32,000 bases of DNA from Okeania sp. (GCF_035285525.1 NZ_JAYKGW010000070.1:4420-36419); one strand, 5' to 3'. Positions 17,255 to 27,081 are shown, counted from the stretch's first letter. A program made the numbers and translations. The notes: a model not told the origin generated them from the sequence alone.

Positions 17255-18217
17255 ATGGGTTTAGGAATTTTAATAGATGGTAAGTGGATTTCTGAGAGAG
17301 AACAAGAAGATTCTCAAGGTAGATTTATTCGCCCTCAAACCACTTTTAGAAATCAAATTACAACAGATGGTTCTAGTGGCTTTAAAGCAGAAACAGGACG
17401 TTATCATCTATACATTTCTTGGGCTTGTCCTTGGGCACATCGAACTGCTATTATGCGAAAAGTTAAAGGGCTAGAAGATGCTATTGGTTTGTCAGTTGTT
17501 GGTGCTGTAATTGACCAAAATAGTTGGGAATTTACAGATGAACCAGGAGCTATTCCTGATACTATTAATTATCATAATTATCTTTGGCAACTTTATCTTC
17601 AAGCAGACTCTAATTATAGCGGTAGAGTAACTGTTCCGGTACTTTGGGATCGCCAAACAAATCAAATAGTTAATAATGAATCCCGTGAAATTATTCGGAT
17701 GTTCGATACTCAGTTTAATGGCATTGCTAAAAATGATATAAATTTATGTCCTGAAGATTTATTGGATAAGATTGAAGAAACTATTGATAAGATTTATCAA
17801 CCTATTAATAATGGTGTTTATCGAGCAGGTTTTGCTGGTTCTCAGTTCGCTTATGATGAAGGAGTAAAAGATTTATTTGCAGCTTTAGATTCTTGGGAAG
17901 ATGTCTTATCAAAACAACGTTATTTATGTGGCGATCGCTTAACTGAAGCTGATATTTGTATGTTTACTACTTTGCTTCGTTTTGACCCGGTTTATTATGT
18001 TCATTTCAAATGTAATTTACGTCATATTTGGGAATATCCAAATCTCGGGAATTATTTGAAGGATATTTATCAACATCCAGGGGTAAAAGAAACTTGTAAT
18101 TTTGACCATATTAAACGGCATTATTACATGAGTCATCCTAAAGTTAATCCTACTAGAATTGTACCAGTTGGTCCGGAGATGGATTTAGATTCTTCTCATA
18201 ACCGTGCTTCAATGTAA
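17255..18217 (+). CDS. yqjG: glutathionyl-hydroquinone reductase (Xi-class GST, YqjG/ECM4 family)
   Basis: RYHLYISWACPWAHRTAIMRKVKGL contains the family-specific CPWA active-site motif. Length (320 aa) and the C-terminal HIKxHYYxSH motif fit. AGGAGG lies 8 nt upstream of the ATG. Confidence 0.9.
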   Translation: MGLGILIDGKWISEREQEDSQGRFIRPQTTFRNQITTDGSSGFKAETGRYHLYISWACPWAHRTAIMRKVKGLEDAIGLSVVGAVIDQNSWEFTDEPGAIPDTINYHNYLWQLYLQADSNYSGRVTVPVLWDRQTNQIVNNESREIIRMFDTQFNGIAKNDINLCPEDLLDKIEETIDKIYQPINNGVYRAGFAGSQFAYDEGVKDLFAALDSWEDVLSKQRYLCGDRLTEADICMFTTLLRFDPVYYVHFKCNLRHIWEYPNLGNYLKDIYQHPGVKETCNFDHIKRHYYMSHPKVNPTRIVPVGPEMDLDSSHNRASM

Positions 18218-18780
18218 AATGACAATTTAGCTGTTAGTTTCGGCTATTAATATCTGAATTATTGCAATCTAACTGAATATAAAATAGGGAAAAAGATAGC
18301 AGTTCAAACAGAAACTTTATACTCTTTCTCTTTACCCTGTTTTCTTAATCTATTATGTTTATTTTTCCAAAATAAATATAGCTCCTAAATGATTTGTAAA
18401 AAAAAATGTAGGGGTTTGGTCTCCAAACCCAAGGGTAGATAAAATTTTACAATCTACTTAGGAGTGCTATATTTTAAATTATCAGCTCTACTGCTATTTT
18501 CTCTAATTTTTGTTCGTAGTTTTTTTGTCGCTTGCGGATTTTTTTTTGCTGCATCTCAATGGGCGAAGAAAACGAAAAATTTATTGCTTTTAGGGAATAG
18601 GGAATAGGAAAAAAGTATTTTTGCGAATGGGAGATTAATCCTTTTTTTTTGAGCTAGATAAGTATTAATTTCCTTTAAATATAATCATACTATAGAGAGT
18701 TGATTTTTGATACAAAAAATTATCATTAAGTTGATTAATTTTATTTAAAATTATCTTGAATCAAAATAATATTTATGTTA

Positions 18781-19272
18781 CTAAATTAGCTCTAAATTAA
18801 AATCAAACTTACCAATGGAAATTAATTTAGCATGACGACCGCAGAGGGTTTTGTCAACAGTATTTTCTATATTAGAAAAATTCAAACAAACTCGTAAAAA
18901 ATTAGGAGGATAATCAACTAATTTTTCAGCCCATTCAATAGCAACAATACCCAAAGGTACTTCTAAACCTTCCCAATAAATCTCTAAATTTAAAGCTTCA
19001 ATCTCTGAACTTTCTAAGCGATATAAATCAAAATGATAAAGAGGAATTTTGCCAGAAAAATATTCATTAATTAAAGTAAATGTCGGACTATCAATTGTTT
19101 CATTTATTCCCAAACCTGCGCCAATACCTTGAACCAAAGTAGTCTTACCACTACCTAAATTTCCCTCCAATAAAATTACACTACCAACAGGTAAAAATTT
19201 CCCTAAACTTTTACCAAGATTATAAGTAGCTGCTGCATTTTCTAGTGAGAAAAAAACTTCTTGATTCTTCAT
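18781..19272 (-). CDS. tsaE: tRNA t6A37 threonylcarbamoyladenosine biosynthesis ATPase TsaE
   Basis: LEGNLGSGKTTLVQGI is a P-loop. SPTFTLINEY and YHFDLYRL are canonical TsaE/YjeE motifs. Confidence 0.9.
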   Translation of the reverse strand: MKNQEVFFSLENAAATYNLGKSLGKFLPVGSVILLEGNLGSGKTTLVQGIGAGLGINETIDSPTFTLINEYFSGKIPLYHFDLYRLESSEIEALNLEIYWEGLEVPLGIVAIEWAEKLVDYPPNFLRVCLNFSNIENTVDKTLCGRHAKLISIGKFDFNLELI

Positions 19273-19298
19273 TTCAATTATCAGTTATCAGTATTTTA
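19273..19298 (-). repeat. CTGATAA heptamer array abutting the tsaE start codon (sense orientation)
   Basis: The minus strand reads ACTGATAACTGATAATTGAA followed directly by the ATG at 19272. Confidence 0.85.
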
Positions 19299-19341
19299 TA
19301 CTGAGGTAAAAGTATATCCTATTTCTACTTTTTCCTTTTTA

Positions 19342-19545
19342 TAAAGTATAGAAATCAGGTTGGTTAGAGACAAATTTCAATATATTCAGCTATCTAATAA
19401 AAACCCGGTTTCTCCGAGATCTAGGTTTTCCTTCTTTCTAAAGTATAGAAACCAGGTTGGTTAGAGACAAATTTCAATATATTCAGCTATCTAATAAAAA
19501 CCCCGGTTTCTCCTTCTTCCTTCTTCCTTCTTCCTTCTTCCTTTT
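19342..19545. repeat. two copies of a roughly 74-nt hairpin element (19342-19415, 19439-19512) followed by a (CCTTCTT)n STRR array
   Basis: TAAAGTATAGAAA(T/C)CAGGTTGGTTAGAGACAAATTTCAATATATTCAGCTATCTAATAAAAACCC(C)GGTTTCTCC occurs twice, about 98 nt apart. The arms GAAACCAGG and CCCGGTTTC are complementary. TCCTTCTTCCTTCTTCCTTCTTCCTTCTTCC follows. Confidence 0.85.
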
Positions 19546-20932
19546 AAACCCGACTATACCACTGAAATAAAACCCGTGCCAACATCATAGAATCATGGCG
19601 AATAACACCAGTTTTTTCATCCTCATACATGACATTAGTTAAAAGAATTTTCCGCCCCAAATTTTTAACCGCTTCTCTGTCAAGAAAAACCGGATGAGAA
19701 CCCTCTTGAGCATACTTAATTAATGCTTTTTCTGAAGGACTTTTTCCCTGAGCTAAAACAGTATCAAATAATTTCTTACCACAAGCAACATCAATAGCAC
19801 GAATATGATCCGCTACAGTATATCCATCAGTTTCCCCAGGCTGAGTCATAATATTACAAACATAAATACTAGGAATATTTCTACAAGCGATCGCCTCAGT
19901 AATTTCAGATACTAATAAATTAGGAATTACGCTAGTATATAAACTCCCAGGACCGATAATAATATAGTCAGCTTCTTCTATAGCTTGCAACACTTTAGGT
20001 AAAGCAGGAGGATTTTCAGGAGTACAACCTATTTTGACAATTTTCCCTCCTGCTTCAGTAATATTAGACTCCCCTTCAATACGTCGCCCATCGGATAATT
20101 CTGCCCAGAGGTTAACATCAGTCAAAGTAGCAGGCAAAACTTGACCTTGCACAGCTAAAACCTGTGAACTAGCAGCTATAGCTCTTTCTAAATCTCCTGT
20201 CACCTCACTCATTGCTGTGAGAAAGAGGTTGCCAAAACTATGTCCATTCAAACCATCACCAGCACTAAACCGATATTGAAACAACTCAGTTAATAACTTT
20301 TCCTCACTAGCTAAAGCTGCCAAACAATTCCGAATATCTCCAGGTGGCTGTACTCCTATCTCTCGGCGTAACCTACCAGAAGAGCCACCATCATCAGCCA
20401 CTGTGACTACAGCGGTAATATTAGCACTATAATCCTTAAGACCCCTTAATAAATTGGAAAGGCCAGTACCTCCACCAATGGCTAAAATTTTAGGACCTCT
20501 ATTTAATCGTCGATGAGTAAGTAAAAGATCTACAAGTTTATCATTTCCTTCCGGCATTAATACTTGAGTAATATTATTTAAACTACGGTTTTGTCCCCAG
20601 AAGATAAATAATAAACCACTAAGAATGGCTATTGGCCCGGAAATATAATTAGGTAATATAGTTGTGATCCAAGCCAAAAATCCTTTTAATGTTTGTAGGG
20701 TATAAAAAACAGGAGTCATTCCTGTTGATATTCCTATTCCTAAGCTAGTTAGTAGTACACCAACAGCACTTAAAAGTAACCATCGTTTAACGAATAATCC
20801 TGGGGCAAGCCATTTAAACCATTGGTAAATGACGTGGGAATTAGTTTTATGATATTTCCTTGGAGAAGAGTTACTTTTGAGGAAATTGCGTAGGGTTTTT
20901 TTCAGTAAAGCAGTTGACATAGGAATTTTCAC
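19544..20932 (-). CDS. yvcK: YvcK-family (CofD-like, UPF0052) gluconeogenesis/morphology factor with an N-terminal membrane extension
   Basis: [18 protein letters not shown] and [16 protein letters not shown]...PPGDIRNCL are hallmark YvcK/CofD motifs. Three predicted TM helices lie in aa about 50-115. Confidence 0.88.
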   Translation of the reverse strand: MKIPMSTALLKKTLRNFLKSNSSPRKYHKTNSHVIYQWFKWLAPGLFVKRWLLLSAVGVLLTSLGIGISTGMTPVFYTLQTLKGFLAWITTILPNYISGPIAILSGLLFIFWGQNRSLNNITQVLMPEGNDKLVDLLLTHRRLNRGPKILAIGGGTGLSNLLRGLKDYSANITAVVTVADDGGSSGRLRREIGVQPPGDIRNCLAALASEEKLLTELFQYRFSAGDGLNGHSFGNLFLTAMSEVTGDLERAIAASSQVLAVQGQVLPATLTDVNLWAELSDGRRIEGESNITEAGGKIVKIGCTPENPPALPKVLQAIEEADYIIIGPGSLYTSVIPNLLVSEITEAIACRNIPSIYVCNIMTQPGETDGYTVADHIRAIDVACGKKLFDTVLAQGKSPSEKALIKYAQEGSHPVFLDREAVKNLGRKILLTNVMYEDEKTGVIRHDSMMLARVLFQWYSRV

Positions 20933-21383
20933 CTTAGCTTAAATTCAGGACAAATTTTTATGGAAATTTTATATATAATAAGGAGAGTTCTGGCACTATT
21001 ATGTAGCTTCAGGACTAGATTTTCTGGGAAGAAAATGTGTGAAGTAGGAAATTAGGAGGGTGAGAGAGTTTGATGGGATAAGGATTTTAGAAAAAAATCT
21101 ACCCTTGTTTCAGTTATCAGTGATCAGTTATCAGTACCCCGTAGCTTTTGCCAGAAGTTGGAAATACTGAATTGAAAATTATTTCATCTCCTTGAAAGTT
21201 TAGGGCTAATTCTTTGTCTTCAGAGAATATTTAGAACCCTATATTTTTGGTTAATTAATTCTAGCAAGGTGTACAAAAATTCAAAGGATTCTATTTTCTA
21301 GCAACAATAAATAGACCCTGCTTTGAAAGGGGAGGCACATACCCCAATCTTTTGCTAAAAGTAGGGAAGTCAGGGAGTAATTT

Positions 21384-21437
21384 CAGTTATCAGTTATCAG
21401 TTATCAGTTATCAGTTATCAGTTATCAGTTATCAGCA
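21384..21437. repeat. longest STRR array in the window, (CAGTTAT)x7
   Basis: TTTCAGTTATCAGTTATCAGTTATCAGTTATCAGTTATCAGTTATCAGTTATCAGCACC. A shorter array lies at 21108-21137. Each is followed by a conserved ...GCCAGA(A/G)G(T/C)TGGAAATACTGAAT block. Confidence 0.9.
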
Positions 21438-21697
21438 CCTCTGTCTGTTTGCGCAGCATGACCTAGGAAAGCCAGAGGCTTGAAATACTGAATCGAATAT
21501 TTCTCTTGGTCGATTGGATATGCTTAGGGAACCCATCCATCTCACCCTGCGGGGAGTTTTGATAACGACCGCTTTTTCATCCCTTTGAAAGGGGAGGCTT
21601 TATACCCAATTTTTCGGTAATCAGGATTTCCTAATTTATTTTTTTGGTGTTATGTTGCTATATAATATATCTTGGGAAAAAAGTCAATACCTAATTT

Positions 21698-22486
21698 ATG
21701 AACTATGAACCTCTAATTGAATTAAAGGGAGTTAGTAAGTCATTTGGGCAAAATATTGTTTTAGATCGAGCAGACTTAACTATTTATCGTGGAGATGCCT
21801 TAGCTATTATTGGTCCATCGGGTACTGGTAAATCTACAGTTCTCAGAATTATTGCTGGTTTATTGACTCCTGATGCTGGAGAAGTTTATGTGCAGGGAAA
21901 GCAAAGAGTTAGATGGATGGATGATTTAAAAGACCCAATTACTATTGGTATGGTATTTCAGAATGCAGCTCTGTTTGATTCTTTGACTGTAGAAGAAAAT
22001 GTTGGTTTTCTATTGTATCAACATTCTAAGTTATTACCTTCTCAAATTCAGGATTTGGTGAACCAGAAGTTAGAAATGGTGGGTTTGAGTAATATTGGCG
22101 ATCGCTATCCGGCAGAGTTATCTGGTGGGATGCGTAAACGGGTTAGTTTTGCTAGAGCTATTATTACTAATCCGGAAAATCCCCATGATGATCCAGATGT
22201 ATTATTATATGATGAGCCTACTGCTGGTTTAGACCCTATCGCTTCTACTGTAATTGAGGATTTAGTCCGTCGCATACAATATTTGGATGGTGGTTGTAGC
22301 ACTTATGTTATGGTGACTCATCAACATAGTACCATTCGTCGCACAGCGGACAGAATTATTTTTCTTTATCAGGGTAAGGTGCAGTGGGAAGGTAGTGTTA
22401 AGGAAATTGATAATGTTGATAATCCTCTAGTACGACAATTTTTTACGGGTAGTGTAGATGGCCCGATTAAGGTGGTGGGTTATTAA
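21698..22486 (+). CDS. mlaF: ABC transporter ATP-binding protein, MlaF/TGD3-like (lipid trafficking)
   Basis: Walker A is GPSGTGKST, the signature is LSGGMRKRVSFARAI and Walker B is LLYDEPTAGLDP. It pairs with a downstream MCE-domain gene. Confidence 0.85.
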   Translation: MNYEPLIELKGVSKSFGQNIVLDRADLTIYRGDALAIIGPSGTGKSTVLRIIAGLLTPDAGEVYVQGKQRVRWMDDLKDPITIGMVFQNAALFDSLTVEENVGFLLYQHSKLLPSQIQDLVNQKLEMVGLSNIGDRYPAELSGGMRKRVSFARAIITNPENPHDDPDVLLYDEPTAGLDPIASTVIEDLVRRIQYLDGGCSTYVMVTHQHSTIRRTADRIIFLYQGKVQWEGSVKEIDNVDNPLVRQFFTGSVDGPIKVVGY

Positions 22487-22568
22487 ATTCAGCTATCACT
22501 TATCAGTTATCACTACCAATATCTGAAATATCTGGATTGCAAATACTGAAGTTATTTTTTTCATTACT

Positions 22569-22855
22569 CTAGGGCGTGTCATCAATTAAATAAGTTGACA
22601 AAAAGGCTATTCTCTGTTAGGTAAAAATGGCGATCACGGTTGGGTAAGTTCAGATACAGCGAGCGCATACCTGAAATTTTGCGGTCGGTAGGGGCGGGTT
22701 TCTGCTTAGGGACGTTGCATAAGGGCGTCCCTACAAAGATTTTCATAAGTTTAGATAAACCCGCCCCCCCCAATGATGTAATGAACAGTTTTAGCTTTGT
22801 CAGTCCACTACTTTTGTTGATAAAGCTTCTAACATCTAATTGATGACATGCCCTA
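22569..22855. mobile_element. 287-bp MITE with 21-nt TIRs carrying a nested GGGGCGGGTTT...AAACCCGCCCC hairpin, which itself carries a nested GGGACG...CGTCCC repeat
   Basis: TAGGGCGTGTCATCAATTAAAT (22569-22590) is matched by the reverse complement of ATCTAATTGATGACATGCCCTA (22834-22855). The inner arms start at about 22691 and about 22759. The inner-most repeat is at 22709-22731. The listed ORFs 22582..22884 and 22640..22843 lie inside this element. Confidence 0.75.
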
Positions 22856-23202
22856 AAAGGGGCAAAAACTAATCTTTTGGTCAAATAAAGTTAAAAGTTG
22901 TTTTGGTAACAGAAATTTTGATTAACCTTCCAAAAGAAAGTTAGAAGTTAATATAGTAATTCTATTTTATTTGTGTCAAAAATCTTACTGCTTTTTACGG
23001 AAAAGGAAATAAGGAGTAGGTGGGGATTTCAATTTTTTTATTTACTTGTTGATTTATCACAACCTATTTTAGGATTATTATAGAAAATAAAGATAATTCT
23101 AGTAACATAAAATCAAGGTAATTACCATAACATAATATTTGTTGATTATAAAGTCAAAATCTTACGGTTCAATATCATAATTGAAAAAACTTTTTTAGAT
23201 AT

Positions 23203-24597
23203 ATGCGATCGCGAACAACTAGGGAAGGTTCAGTCGGTTTATTAGCCTTATTAGGAATAGGTTTATTTGGGGCTTTAGTTTTTTGGCTAAAGGGAATAGA
23301 ATTAGGTAAACGTAGTTATATTGTTATAGTTGAATTTGAAAGTGCATCTAGTGTTGATATAGGCACATTAGTTAGGTATCGAGGTATTGATGTTGGACAA
23401 GTAGTAGATATTAAACCAGGGCCGAATGGGGTAGATATTTCTCTAGAAATTAAGCCAGAAGATTTAATTATACCTCGTGATGTATACATCCAAACTAATA
23501 TATCGTCATTTATTGGTACTGCTCATATAGATATTATTCCGAGAGGAAAAATACCAGAATCAAAAATTTCTGCTACTCCTTTATCGCCAAATTGTCCAGA
23601 AATAATTATCTGTAATAATGACCGTTTACAGGGAGATGCCGGAGTAGAAATGCAGCAATTATTAAGAGCAGGAATGCGTTTTATTGATGTTTATAGTGAC
23701 CCAGAATTTTTTGATAATCTGAAGATAATTGCTAAAAATACAGCGGATGCTTCTGCTGAAGCTTCTAAGGTAGCTAAACAACTTTCTAAATTATCAGAAA
23801 CTTTGGAAAAAGAAATGGACAGTTTAAGTCAAGATTTAACAGAAGATGTTGATAATATAACAGTAGTTCTGGAAGGAGAAATTGGCGGTTTGACTAAAAC
23901 TATGAAAGGAGAAATTGGCGGTTTGACTAAAACTATAAAAGGAGAAATTGGTGGTTTAAGCAATAAAGTAGAGCAAGATTTAGACAGTTTAACTCAAACA
24001 GTGAATCAAGAAGTGAGTAATATTTCTAGTCAAGTAACTACTGTTACTGATGCCATGAAAGAATCTACAAAAAAAGTTTCTTCTGCTGCCATCTCTTCAG
24101 CAAATTCTGCTGAGAAAGTAGCTAATAAATTTAGCATAACAGCAGATAATATTAATGGGATTGTGAAGACAAATCGTTCTAATATTATTAATACATTGGA
24201 AAATCTGGAAAAAACAACTGAAAAATTAGTAGTGTTAACAGAAAGCTTAAGTCCTATTACTAATGAATTAGAAAAAGGAGAGTTTATTAATAATCTGAAA
24301 ATATTATCAGCAAATGCGGTAGAAACTTCTGCAAATTTACGAGATTTTTCTAGTGATTTAAACAATCAGAAAAATATTCTTCTGTTGCAAGAAACATTAG
24401 ATTCTGCTAGAGTAACATTAGAAAATGTGCAGAAAGTAACGTCAGATTTGGATGATATTACAGGGGATAAAAAGTTTAGGGAAAGTCTCAAACAAATTGT
24501 TAATGGATTAGGTGATTTATTATCTTCAACTAAGGATTTGGAGGAACAAACTAGGGTTGCTAAAAATATTGAAGTTTTGTTGAAAGAAAGTAATTAA
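23203..24597 (+). CDS. mlaD: MlaD/MCE-domain protein (TGD2-like) with a long C-terminal coiled-coil/repeat extension
   Basis: An N-terminal TM anchor (VGLLALLGIGLFGALVFWL) is followed by an MCE domain (YIVIVEFESASSVDIGTLVRYRGIDVGQVVDIKPGPNGVDISLEI). The C-terminal half is helical and low-complexity, including an 11-aa tandem repeat (E)GEIGGLTKT(M/I)K. Confidence 0.85.
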   Translation: MRSRTTREGSVGLLALLGIGLFGALVFWLKGIELGKRSYIVIVEFESASSVDIGTLVRYRGIDVGQVVDIKPGPNGVDISLEIKPEDLIIPRDVYIQTNISSFIGTAHIDIIPRGKIPESKISATPLSPNCPEIIICNNDRLQGDAGVEMQQLLRAGMRFIDVYSDPEFFDNLKIIAKNTADASAEASKVAKQLSKLSETLEKEMDSLSQDLTEDVDNITVVLEGEIGGLTKTMKGEIGGLTKTIKGEIGGLSNKVEQDLDSLTQTVNQEVSNISSQVTTVTDAMKESTKKVSSAAISSANSAEKVANKFSITADNINGIVKTNRSNIINTLENLEKTTEKLVVLTESLSPITNELEKGEFINNLKILSANAVETSANLRDFSSDLNNQKNILLLQETLDSARVTLENVQKVTSDLDDITGDKKFRESLKQIVNGLGDLLSSTKDLEEQTRVAKNIEVLLKESN

Positions 24598-25052
24598 TAA
24601 TGGATAATTAGGGCTTGCTGAAAAAGTTGTAGGTTGGGTTGAGGGACGAAACCCAACACAACTTCGTTATATTTCTAAATCTCCCCTTTGACAAAACGCC
24701 ATAATGTATAATGCACAAGAGATAGGTCGGATTGTCCACCCCTATTTACTGGGTACAATATAAATAAATTGTTAAATTATCTAGTAAACCTAACCCTTTA
24801 TGTTGTGGTAAGGGTGAGTCGCAATACATGACTACATTTTAGCAGATATTCCCTACAAATCTTTGTTAAGAAATATTACAGAATTACATGGCTACGTCTA
24901 GAAAAGGCGGTCGCGGAGCGCGGAAGGTCGTTCTATGGCTATATCATAAGACTGAAAGGGGTTTCATAGTTTTATAGTACATTTGGCTGCGGGGGGGAAG
25001 TTCAGATATTGTGGTTTCACTCCATACCACCCCTACTATGGATAATTAATTT

Positions 25053-25263
25053 TGTATGAGGGCGGGTTTATCTAAATTTTCGAGTAAGTATGAAAGTTAT
25101 AGTTAAAACCCGCCCCTACTAATTGTATGAGGGCAGGTTGAGCTAAATTTTAGGGTGAGTATGAAAGTTACAGGTAAAATCAGCCCCTACTAATTGTATG
25201 AGGGCGGGTTGAGCTAAATTTTAGGGTGAGTATGAAAGTTATAGGTAAAACCAGCCCCTACTA
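25053..25263. repeat. three tandem 71-nt units of the GAGGGCGGGTT...AAAACCCGCCCCTAC hairpin-element family
   Basis: TGTATGAGGGC(G/A)GGTT...GTATGAAAGTTA(T/C)AGGTAAAA(CC/TC)(C/A)GCCCCTACTAAT occurs three times, at 25053, 25124 and 25195. It belongs to the same family as 12977-13160. It lies 3' of thrB. Confidence 0.9.
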
Positions 25264-25276
25264 AAAAATAATTGTT

Positions 25277-26179
25277 TTAGCTACAAACTGCACCTTTAGT
25301 ATCAATTTCTAAAACTTTTACTTCAGCAATTACTCCTTGATTTTTCCAAGCATCAGTCATTGCCACTACTACTTTTGAACTTACTGATGAATTTGTCAAA
25401 GCTAATAAAGTTGGACCTGCACCACTAATTACCATTTCATAAGCACCAGCATTTAAAGCAGCAGAACGCACATTTTCATATCCTTTAATTAAAGACTTAC
25501 GGTAGGGTTGATGAATTTTATCTTGCATTCCAGTTTCCAACCACTCTCGACGACCAGTTTCTAAACCTCTCAACAAAATTCCAATATGACCAGAATTAAA
25601 TATAGCATCAGCACGACTATATTCTCCTGGTAAAACTTGTCGCGCTTCTACTGTTGAAAGTTCAAAGTTGGGTATTGCTACTACTGGCACAATATCCGAA
25701 TGCCAGGGAATATCGCATATTTCCCAACCTCTGGAGGTAGAAGCGGTTAAACGACAACCACCAAGTAAGGCAGGTACCACATTATCTGGATGGCCTTCAA
25801 TGGCGATCGCTAAGTTCATTACTTCTGTTTGACTTAAGGGATTTCCTGCTAATTGATTGGCCCCTATTAAACCTCCGACTATTGCGGTGGCCGAACTTCC
25901 TAATCCTCTGGCTAAGGGTACGCCTAAATCAATCTCAATTAACACAGATTGGGGAGTTTGGTCGATATGTTCATATAATTTTACAAATGCTTGATAGGCA
26001 AGATTGCTTTTGTCTGTGTTGACTCGTGGAGCTTCTTTGCCTGTGACGATGATTTTTACTTCTGTGGCGCTATCGGCAATGGAGAATTTGAAGCGGTTAT
26101 ATTGGGATAGGGCGGCTCCGAGGCAGTCGAAACCTGGGCCTAAGTTGGCGGTAGTTGCAGGTACGGTAATGGTGGTCAT
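25277..26179 (-). CDS. thrB: homoserine kinase
   Basis: The N-terminus is VPATTANLGPGFDCLG. The GHMP kinase motif PLARGLGSSATAIV is present. The ORF is 300 aa. Confidence 0.95.
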   Translation of the reverse strand: MTTITVPATTANLGPGFDCLGAALSQYNRFKFSIADSATEVKIIVTGKEAPRVNTDKSNLAYQAFVKLYEHIDQTPQSVLIEIDLGVPLARGLGSSATAIVGGLIGANQLAGNPLSQTEVMNLAIAIEGHPDNVVPALLGGCRLTASTSRGWEICDIPWHSDIVPVVAIPNFELSTVEARQVLPGEYSRADAIFNSGHIGILLRGLETGRREWLETGMQDKIHQPYRKSLIKGYENVRSAALNAGAYEMVISGAGPTLLALTNSSVSSKVVVAMTDAWKNQGVIAEVKVLEIDTKGAVCS

Positions 26180-26208
26180 TTCAGTTATCAGTTATCAGTT
26201 ATCAGCCA
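26180..26208 (-). repeat. CTGATAA heptamer array abutting the thrB start codon (sense orientation)
   Basis: The minus strand reads GGCTGATAACTGATAACTGATAACTGAA followed directly by the ATG at 26179. Confidence 0.9.
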
Positions 26209-26459
26209 ATACGGTTCAGTTAAGAATTTTTTGGCACTTTTTTACTTTGAAAAGCCTATATAATGGTTCCATATTTTATGAGTTTTCGTCTTAACTAAAC
26301 TGTATTGAGTTATCAGCAGCTTTTTTGATAGCTATGCTTGATCAACATCTTTCTTAACATAAAACTTGACAAAACAGGCAGTTTTTTAATATCTAAAAAG
26401 GCTAAGATTTTTATCTGTCAATCTTTTTAGGGTTAATAGGCAACTCCTATATTTATTTT

Positions 26460-26876
26460 GTTGAATAAAAAGTCATGCGCATAGGCGAACAGCCCCAGTT
26501 AATTTCTATCCTATCACAAAAAATGTGGGGGCGCAACCATATCTCTTTTTTACCGCCGATTTTTTTTCGGGAGCTTGAGGAAATGAAAATGTTTATGGTT
26601 TTGCACTCAAAAGTTATTGGCGAAAGGATTTGAGGATAGGGAAAAACCTTAAGTACCTCTAGTTGTGCCTTTGTACCTTGACTCTTCTTTCCACAAGGGA
26701 AGGTGATCGCTTTCCTACTTTCTTGGGTTGAATAAAAAGTCATGCGTATAGACGAACAACCCCAGTTAATCTCTATCCTATCACAAAAAATGTGGGGGCG
26801 CAACCATATCTCTTTTTTACCGCCGATTTTTTTCTGGAGCTTTAGAAAATGAAAATGTTTCTGGTTTTGCATTGAG
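26460..26876 (+). repeat. two direct copies (26460-26610, 26727-26876) of a roughly 150-nt conserved element (GTTGAATAAAAAGTC... family)
   Basis: GTTGAATAAAAAGTCATGCG(C/T)ATAG(G/A)CGAACA(G/A)CCCCAGTTAAT(T/C)TCTATCCTATCACAAAAAATGTGGGGGCGCAACCATATCTCTTTTTTACCGCCGATTTTTTT...GAAAATGTTT occurs twice, 267 nt apart. A third, more diverged copy starts at 31629. The listed 139-aa ORF across them is judged non-coding. Confidence 0.85.
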
Positions 26877-27081
26877 GAAAAATGGAAAGAGTCAGAAAGC
26901 AGAAGGCAGAATGGAAGAGCTTTTAGAGCGACTTTACTTTTTATTGCATAATTGCATAATTAGTTTTTCGTGCTTACCTACTCTACTATAAGCAATAATT
27001 TAGAGCGCTTCCCGTTGCTCGTCAGGTACACTCCGATAGAGATAAAATGCCTGACACTACAATATTTTGACTTAAAAACCT

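Noticed and set aside
18400-18440. Hairpin GGGTTTGG-TCT-CCAAACCC as a terminator for yqjG
   Set aside because: It lies about 200 nt past the stop codon, is preceded rather than followed by the homopolymer run on the + strand, and has no T-tract after the stem.
22582-22884. ORFs 22582..22884 (-) and 22640..22843 (+)
   Set aside because: They overlap each other on opposite strands and sit inside the nested MITE between mlaF and mlaD.
24888-24977. 29-codon basic ORF (MATSRKGGRGARKVVLWLYHKTERGFIVL) in a locally GC-rich patch between mlaD and thrB, also considered as an ncRNA
   Set aside because: It has no Shine-Dalgarno sequence and no similarity to the small ribosomal proteins I can recall. 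I saw no convincing conserved fold or known RNA motif (SRP, 6S, RNase P and tmRNA signatures are absent). It may be a repeat fragment. Only RNA-seq or comparative data could rescue it.
26453-26872. 139-aa minus-strand ORF with an internal protein repeat
   Set aside because: It exists only because two copies of a non-coding 150-nt repeat are read through. The third copy (31629-31790) diverges by indels and substitutions that do not conserve the frame or the amino acids.
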